Of a stretch of 64,000 nucleotides of DNA, positions 58,942 to 64,000 are shown in pieces (the first letter of the stretch is position 1; each line of letters begins with the position of its first letter). A program made the position numbers and the translations under genes. The notes under the pieces are model-generated. The model did not search any database. It worked only from the letters and a program-made list of their open reading frames with translations, and was not told the DNA's origin. Source of the stretch: a plasmid; the sequence record NZ_CP082905.1; one strand, given 5' to 3'.

Positions 58942-60939
58942 TCAGCCTTCGCTGCCCGTTTCGTCTTCGCTGCCGTTTTCCGTCACTGCAGGCTGCAGGG
59001 GTTTCATCCATGCAGGCACCCAGCGGGCATCTTTCATCACCTCTTCAGCAAATTCAGCGGCGTCTCCCTTCTTCATCTTTTCCGCATCGCTGGCATTACC
59101 CGTTTTACCGGCCTCCTTCAGCGCCCCGGTAATCTGCTCTTTGCTCATGCGTTTAAAGAAGCCCTCAGCGCCCGGCTGCCACCAGTCGGCCAGGTCAAAG
59201 CCCAGCGCCATTTCCAGCGTATCGAGGTTACTGGTCTGGCTGCGACCATAAATGCGCTCCTGGAAGCTGCACACCGCCGTGGCGCTGCAAAATCCCAGCA
59301 GCCCCAGCACGTCCCCCGTGCTCCAGCCCATCAGCCAGCGGAAGTCCTGCGACCAGTCTTCTGGGAGTTTCGCCTCCCACTGCGCCTTCTGCTCCTGAAT
59401 GAACTGCCAGGCCTTTGTATCTTCCTTTGCGGTCGTCCCGGCAATCAGCGCGGAACTGTTGTCCGTAAGGCTGATTTTCATCGGGGTTCCGTCATAGTTG
59501 CGGTGGCTGAAGGTGCTGCGGCACAACGTCCAGGTCAGCATGGCAAGCGCGATGTCCGGCTTCGTACTCAGCGCCGCCTGTACCGCCAGTGAACGTTCGC
59601 ACGACATCGAGCGAACCAGCGTGGCGGAGTAGTCTTCGGAAAGCGTCTGCAGGTCTTCCTTATTTCCGGGCTTCGCCTTCTTCGGCAGGTCGGCCTGACG
59701 CTGCACCCCGCGCTGAATAAAGCAGCTGCCGCGCTCAAAGCAGACCAGCGCCCCGGTTTTGTCCTTGTCCGCGCCTGCCCAGCTGCGCTTCAGCCCCGTT
59801 TCTTCCAGCGCGGCAACCTGCTTTTTCAGCTGCGCAACCAGCGCGTCGTCGTCGCTGAGTTTCACCCGGGCGCGAAGTTCGCTCAGCTCTTTATCTTCCT
59901 CCGGCGTCAGCTCCGGGCAGCGCTCCGGCAGCAGGTAATACGTTTTTTTCACCTCGCTGCTCCAGCTGTGCAGACGGCTGTCCATTCTGACTTCAGCCCA
60001 GGCAAACCCTTCTTCTTTCTCGACGGCGGCGGCAATCTGCTGGAGCTTTTCAAGCGTCAGCTGCTCAACCAGCGCCGTATCGATATAGCCCTCGTCTTCA
60101 TCGCTAAACAGGTCGGTGCGAATGGTTCCGCCCGCCGCGAGATAGGCATCTTTACCGATAAAAGCGAACTTTAGTGAGTGGCTAATCGCCGTCTCAGTGG
60201 AGGTGATTAGCTTACGGATGATTTCAGCGGAGGCGTTGTAATACCCCGAGGCCTGTTCCCATACCTCCAGTTGACGCTCATGCGTGTCAGCCAGCGCCAG
60301 CGCCTGACACTGATCGATCGTGATGCTATCGGCGGCCAGCTCGTCAAGAATGGCGGGTGCCAGGCCAGTCAGCTTCAGGCAGCGCTGAACGTGGCGTGAG
60401 CTGTAGCCCATGAGGTCGCCAATCTGCGCTGGTGTTTTGCCCTCGTCTGCCAGCGCCTGAAAACCGGCGATCTGCTCGGCAGGGTGCATATCCTCACGCT
60501 CGCCGTTTTCGACCATTGAAGCCGCCCGCGCCAGCTCCTCAGTGACGCGCTTGACCGGGATGGGCTGATCGGGCTGATACACGCCCTGCGAAACGAGCAG
60601 CTGCATCGCGGTAAGACGGCGCCCACCGCAGGCCACGCCCAGCATCCCGTCAGCCATATCGTGCGCGATCAGGTTATGCAGCAGCCCGACGTTTTTAATG
60701 GTGGCGGCAAGCGACTCGATACGTGACCGGACGTAGATCTTACTGCGCACGTTGAGAGGTGAAATCATCAGTCGCGAGAGTGGGATCATCTCGATGTCGA
60801 TTTTCTCCAGTGCCTGCTCTACCGCCGCTGCTGCAGCTTTGTCAGCTTTCGCTTTCGCGGGACGACGCGTTTTTTTTGTTTTTAAAGATGATGATTCTTC
60901 AGATTCTGAAGCCGTGGTGTTGACGTTCTGCTGTGACAT
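58942..60939 (-). CDS. ParB-like nuclease domain protein (large leading-region ParB/Srx-fold protein) with the leader MSQQNVNTTASESEESS
   Basis: ParB N-terminal domain (LSRLMISPLNVR..., GGRRL, HVQRCLKL) in a protein of about 665 aa. Confidence 0.8.
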   Translation of the reverse strand: MSQQNVNTTASESEESSSLKTKKTRRPAKAKADKAAAAAVEQALEKIDIEMIPLSRLMISPLNVRSKIYVRSRIESLAATIKNVGLLHNLIAHDMADGMLGVACGGRRLTAMQLLVSQGVYQPDQPIPVKRVTEELARAASMVENGEREDMHPAEQIAGFQALADEGKTPAQIGDLMGYSSRHVQRCLKLTGLAPAILDELAADSITIDQCQALALADTHERQLEVWEQASGYYNASAEIIRKLITSTETAISHSLKFAFIGKDAYLAAGGTIRTDLFSDEDEGYIDTALVEQLTLEKLQQIAAAVEKEEGFAWAEVRMDSRLHSWSSEVKKTYYLLPERCPELTPEEDKELSELRARVKLSDDDALVAQLKKQVAALEETGLKRSWAGADKDKTGALVCFERGSCFIQRGVQRQADLPKKAKPGNKEDLQTLSEDYSATLVRSMSCERSLAVQAALSTKPDIALAMLTWTLCRSTFSHRNYDGTPMKISLTDNSSALIAGTTAKEDTKAWQFIQEQKAQWEAKLPEDWSQDFRWLMGWSTGDVLGLLGFCSATAVCSFQERIYGRSQTSNLDTLEMALGFDLADWWQPGAEGFFKRMSKEQITGALKEAGKTGNASDAEKMKKGDAAEFAEEVMKDARWVPAWMKPLQPAVTENGSEDETGSEG

Positions 60940-61545
60940 GTTGTTTCTCCCGTGTGGTTGCATGTGATGTTTCTCCGAGTTCCTCGCCGTGAGGGCAGAA
61001 CAGGCGACCGGGCATCAGGCTGAACGCAGGGGGAAACGGCAAGGCCGCAGCCCGCAGGGACCGGGCGCCGCCGTTTAGCTGTGCGACCCTTGCGTGAAGA
61101 CGCCCGGGTGGCAGGTTTCTGCACGGCGAAGGGATTCGGGAAACGAAACAGAACGCGGAAGGATGAACAGGGCACAGCCCCGGAACGGCACACCACGGTG
61201 CCGGGCCGGTCCTTACAGGTTGCCGCGCAGCGGCAGCCTGCAGAAGCGCCGGCGCCAGCCGGCTGCAGGGGTTGACCTGGCCCTTGCCATCAGACCCAAG
61301 CCGGCAGGCCCGGAACGCCATGCGGTCCGGCGGAGCTTACCGGCTCTGCCGGTTAGCGCAGTGGGGCTCGACGACCCGGCATCGCCGGGGAGCCGGAGGT
61401 GGCCATCAGGATGTTGACGTTTATGACCCTGAGAGGAAGTAAGTTCGCGAAGCAGCTGCCGCACAGCAGAAGCCGCAACAGCAGCAGGAAGCGAAGAGAG
61501 AAGACCATGAGACAGCGCCCAGGAGAGAGAAAGCGCAGGCAAAAG
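60890..61545 (-). repeat. leading-region repeat R5 (variant 2, Frpo/ssi-like)
   Basis: Read directly. Confidence 0.6.
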
Positions 61546-61664
61546 CAGAATAACCGCCGTGGCGGCGCAGCCGCCGCAGCCGTTATCAGCGGCCATTGAC
61601 GTTTGCGGCCTCAGCTGTCGGCACAAATCCGGCCCCGCGTGCGCGGAACCGGCGATACTTTCTG

Positions 61665-62228
61665 TCAGACATCAATGCGGACAATCATCGTGGAAACGTC
61701 TGTGTATGCGAATGCCCCGCATGGAAGCACCTCCTGATGCGTTGCAATATGCTTAAATTCCCGCTGCTGGCGCGGACCATTTGCGCAGACCGCTACAAGG
61801 TTACCGCCCGGCGCCAGCATTTTTAGCGCATGCCGGATATGTTTCAGATCCTCACAGTGGCGGAAAGGTGGATTCATTAAAATCCGATCATAAACGGCCT
61901 GCGGGGCGCAGCTCAGGAAATCCGCGCAGGTTACGGGCACCTCCGGAAATGTGTCTTTAAGATGCTGCGCCAGCGCCGCGTTCATTTCCACACATTCACA
62001 GCGGACCGCAGGCACGGCGGCAAGTACGGCGCGCAGAATGGCACCCGTTCCCGCGCTGGGCTCCAGCACCCGGTTTCCTGGCCGGATATCGGCAAGGGTG
62101 ACAAGCTTCTGACACACCGGATCTGACGAAACAAACAGTTGCGTGTCAGCATGTACCCGGGCGACGGGCTGCATACTGCTGAGTTTCTGTTGCATCTGCG
62201 CAATTCGCGCGCTGAGTTCGGTTCGCAT
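61665..62228 (-). CDS. small SAM-dependent methyltransferase with an NPPF catalytic motif; candidate orphan DNA amino-methyltransferase, though an rRNA methyltransferase fold is possible
   Basis: Motif I VLEPSAGTG and motif IV NPPF; 187 aa. Confidence 0.6.
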   Translation of the reverse strand: MRTELSARIAQMQQKLSSMQPVARVHADTQLFVSSDPVCQKLVTLADIRPGNRVLEPSAGTGAILRAVLAAVPAVRCECVEMNAALAQHLKDTFPEVPVTCADFLSCAPQAVYDRILMNPPFRHCEDLKHIRHALKMLAPGGNLVAVCANGPRQQREFKHIATHQEVLPCGAFAYTDVSTMIVRIDV

Positions 62229-62320
62229 TTTTTTTCTCCCATGCCGGCGCTTGCCGGCATGCTTTGTATAGCTATTTGTATATGCACAATTTCCCCGGCC
62301 ACGCCGGGGAGCCTGGTTTG

Positions 62321-63694
62321 TCAGCGCGGCACCTCTACTGTCTTCATATCGGTGATATACACCGGCGACAGGGTGTAACCCGTGGACATGACGCGGCGTA
62401 TCCGGTAAGCCTTGTGATCGTCACCGGCCGCAATGCCCTTCACCTGTTTAAAATCGGCGTGCTTTTTGCTCCATTCCTCCTTTGTCATGCTTACGAAGCC
62501 CTCACCCGGGTAGTTAACGATCGGCGGACGCTTCGCGGCCGCCTTAGCCGCTTTTGCCTCCTCTGCGCTGGGCGCCTTATATTCGGTGATGCGATCGGGC
62601 GTGATGGTGGTTGTGGCGCCTTCCCGACCCATGAATGAATATTCCGGGGTGACCAGCGAGCTGATTTTTCCGCCGCTGCGGTTTACGCGGATGATGGTCA
62701 GCCACTCACCGCGACTTTTTACCTGGCCGCCCGGCACCATTTCGGTATCTGAGGCCAGCACGCCGCCGTGCTCGTCCAGCATGGCGCGCTCGTAGGCAAT
62801 GCGGTTGCGGTAGTGCGCTGTCCAGCGGCTTAACCGTGTGATGGTGCGTTCATGACAGGGAATGCAGATATCCCGCGCCTGCTCAGCGGTAATAATGTCC
62901 TCTTCGAGGGCAGACCAGATGCTGCGGCTGCCTTCGTACTGGCTTTTTTCCGGCGGGCGCGGGTACTTCTCCAGGGTAAAGCAGCAGTGAAGGTGATCAA
63001 CGTTCGCTATGACAAGAGCCATCGCGCGGTTAAGGTTTTCAGATGACCAGAGTTTGATAAATTTCTGACAGTCCTGCAGGCGGCGATCTGCCTTGCGCAA
63101 ATCGGCCTCAATCTTTTTGATGCGGCGCCAGCGCACGTCCGGGCGCTCTTTGTAAGCCGCGTGACGCAGCGAGGCCTCTGCGCGGCGCTCCCAGTATTCT
63201 GACGTTTCAAACAGGTTTACGGCGCGGCGCATGCCGTTCTCAATTTTCTGCGCGTGCTTACGCGCGCGGCGCTCGCTGTGGTGCCCAACCAGAATTGGCT
63301 GACCGAAAGGAACAGCCGAAGCCAGGCTGTCCACGGCGGCCAGCACCTGCCCTGACTCGGCTGCGCGCTTTTCGCTGTACTCTTCAAAACGTTCCGCGCG
63401 CTCCTCCTGGCGGTCAAACAGCGTCTGATCTTCGTCTTCAATTTCGCCCGCCAGTTCGATTAGCAGGTCTTCCCGATCGGGCGTCCACATTGGCGCCACA
63501 AAAAGTGCCTGGCGCGGCGCGTATTTAAAGCCCGCATCTTTAACACGTTGATACGTATCCTCATCCAGACGGTGCAGCGAATACAGGCGCAGCTTGTTAT
63601 CATCCGGTGAATACGTTGCACGGTAGTTTTCGCGTTTAAAAAAAGATGATTCTTTAGATTCTGAAGCCGTGGTGTTGACGTTCTGCTGTGACAT
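62321..63694 (-). CDS. hypothetical leading-region protein (457 aa) with the leader MSQQNVNTTASESKESS
   Basis: Starts inside repeat R6. Confidence 0.5.
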   Translation of the reverse strand: MSQQNVNTTASESKESSFFKRENYRATYSPDDNKLRLYSLHRLDEDTYQRVKDAGFKYAPRQALFVAPMWTPDREDLLIELAGEIEDEDQTLFDRQEERAERFEEYSEKRAAESGQVLAAVDSLASAVPFGQPILVGHHSERRARKHAQKIENGMRRAVNLFETSEYWERRAEASLRHAAYKERPDVRWRRIKKIEADLRKADRRLQDCQKFIKLWSSENLNRAMALVIANVDHLHCCFTLEKYPRPPEKSQYEGSRSIWSALEEDIITAEQARDICIPCHERTITRLSRWTAHYRNRIAYERAMLDEHGGVLASDTEMVPGGQVKSRGEWLTIIRVNRSGGKISSLVTPEYSFMGREGATTTITPDRITEYKAPSAEEAKAAKAAAKRPPIVNYPGEGFVSMTKEEWSKKHADFKQVKGIAAGDDHKAYRIRRVMSTGYTLSPVYITDMKTVEVPR

Positions 63695-64000
63695 GTTGTT
63701 TCTCCTGTTCAGGGTTAAGTGATGTTTCTCTGAGTTCCTCGCCGTGAGGGCAGAACAGGCGACCGGGCATCAGGCTGAACGCAGGGGGAAACGGCAAAGC
63801 CGCAGCCCGCAGGGACCGGGTGCAGACGTTTAGCTGTGCGACCCTTGCGTGAAGACGCCCGGGTGCCAGGTTTCTGCACGGCGAAGGGGCTCAGGGGAAC
63901 AAAACAGGACAACAGGTGATGAACAGGGTACAGCCCCGGAACGGCACACCACGGTGCCGGTCCGGTCCTTACAGGCTGCCGCCTCGCGGCGGCCTGCAGA
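63645..64000 (-). repeat. leading-region repeat R6 (variant 2), truncated by the window end
   Basis: Identical to R3 over the visible length. Confidence 0.6.

Overview
This 64 kb window looks like part of a large multi-replicon IncF-type conjugative plasmid from an enterobacterial host; the tra genes are about 60% GC. It splits into three blocks. (A) 1-20.9 kb is accessory and replication DNA. It holds an array of small gene cassettes, each ending in a Rho-independent terminator followed by a 26-bp palindromic hix/gix-like site. One cassette encodes a TIR-like (PF10137-type) protein. A Hin/resolvase-family serine recombinase and its own res-like site lie next to the array. Further on are a LysR regulator, a dienelactone-hydrolase-like protein and a formaldehyde-detoxification set (fdhA, frmR-frmA, VOC/glyoxalase, MDR oxidoreductase). 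There is one intact IS3-family IS, nested Tn3-family terminal-repeat remnants with a tnpA 3' fragment, an iteron-type RepFIB-like replicon, and an IncFII-type repA2(copB)-copA-repA1 replicon. (B) 20.9-49.6 kb is an almost complete F-like type IV secretion/transfer operon, all on the minus strand (traI, traD, traS, traG, traH, trbB, traF, traN, trbC, traU, a dsbC-like gene, traW, trbI, traC, traV, traB, traK, traE, traL, traA with a pED208-like pilin, and traM). The usual traJ, traY, traT, traX, finO, traR and traQ are not found. A 442-aa divergently transcribed multi-HTH protein sits where traJ/traY normally are, and an unknown 305-aa protein sits where traT normally is. (C) 49.6-64 kb holds oriT and the leading region: the orf169 lytic transglycosylase and a run of minus-strand genes (antirestriction-like, DUF987-like, RadC-like, PsiA-like, ParB-like, a small NPPF methyltransferase, and several unknowns). 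These are organised behind six copies of a roughly 0.45-0.65 kb GC-rich repeat that carries a long hairpin, a TTGACC motif, an RBS and the first 16-17 codons of the downstream gene. I interpret this as an Frpo/ssi-type single-strand promoter family. One repeat copy is cut short by an AT-rich island carrying a plus-strand Abi_C-like gene. No rRNA, tRNA or CRISPR was seen.
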